Assembly (NCBI GenBank): GCA_050084515.1
Contig: CM114271.1
Coordinates: 25,420,001-25,484,000, forward strand
Direction of reading: 5' to 3'
From: Blasia pusilla
Lineage: Eukaryota
DNA: 64,000 nucleotides
The position numbers and the translations under genes are program-made. Position 1 is the first letter of the stretch. Every line of letters begins with the position of its first letter. The notes beneath the pieces are model-generated. The model worked only from the letters and a program-made list of their open reading frames with translations. It was not told where the DNA came from and did no database searches. Positions 63,216 to 64,000 of the stretch are shown piece by piece.

Positions 63216-63289
<74 letters not shown>

Positions 63290-64000
63290 CATAGCCCTGT
63301 GGGTCCCCGTTGGACAATAAATCTATTCATTCATTCATTCTCTCTTCCAAAGCCCTCTCCTTAGTGGCCGATGCATCTGGGTCACCTCCTTGAACCTAAA
63401 CTTGCAATGGTGAGTCAAGAGTCACTTTCAAAAAATAGAAAATCATCTCTCCCAATAAAGGGAACTCACCTGAAATTTTCAGTTCCTAAAATAGGCTCTA
63501 AATAAGCCCAAAAAAAGGGAAAACTTGTACTTGCAGATTTCTCTCCGCATGACACTCCGAGGGAGACCGACGGTCAAATTTTCCCAAACCAAGGGAAGAC
63601 CTCTACTTAAAGGCTATTCTCCGCTCCACTCCAAAAGACATTAGAGGTGAAACCTAGGCATGACAAGCTTGAGGCTATCAAATTGTGGCCAACACCAAGG
63701 AACTTTACTAGGAGGCAATTTTTTTGGGATCTTTAATCTTTTTTCCGAAGGCATATCCAAGACTTTGCCAAGATCACCCAATGACTCTATGATTTGATGC
63801 GGAAAGCGATTATATCCCAATGTTTTGAGGAGTGCCAAGAGGGTTTTGAACAACTAAAGTTTTTATTAGTAATTCCGGAAGTTGGGGTTGCATTCAAAGT
63901 TTGGAACCATGCGTTAAACTTTGCAATTGGGGATTGTTGAACCAATCGGTTCGATTGGTCTATTATGAATCAACCAAATTTGATAAAAATTGACCAACTC
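62250..64000 (+). pseudogene. Degenerate Ty3/gypsy RT-RNase H relic, interrupted at ~62935-63630
   Basis: IHPNSAFRAPSLFISRKYGSMR, EGDEYKIGIWITFGSYEFLVIPFG, EVEFLGHI, then WPTPRN. Runs off the window end. Confidence 0.65.
63221..63286. repeat. (CT)33 microsatellite
   Basis: Perfect dinucleotide run. Confidence 0.98.

Noticed and set aside
63072-63364. ORFs with ER/SL dipeptide runs
   Set aside because: Translations of the (CT)n microsatellite.

Overview
Eukaryotic, land-plant-like genomic window (intron-rich gene, plant-type TEs; a non-seed plant such as a bryophyte is plausible but unproven). Two apparently intact host genes: an intronless, GC-rich, bacterial-type PrpF/LigU-family isomerase (+, ~17310-18707) and a 20-exon fatty acid amide hydrolase (FAAH; -, 46079-53392, 612 aa). 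The rest is mostly nested, decayed transposons: two Ty1/copia elements with both LTRs (non-canonical TA...CA ends) plus an inverted 3' half of a third, a CRE-type non-LTR retroelement, Ty3/gypsy relics, mini-Helitrons, a Harbinger transposase relic and a foldback element. The standout is a Ty3/gypsy element (22629-27406, 4-bp TSD) inserted in the CRE element. Its polyprotein frame carries a DNMT3-like C5-cytosine methyltransferase domain in frame with RT, then RNase H, integrase and a C-terminal PHD finger: a retrotransposon with its own methylation writer and a likely histone reader. This copy is pseudogenised, and its ends are two non-overlapping parts of an LTR. All calls were made by eye from motifs; no database searches were run.
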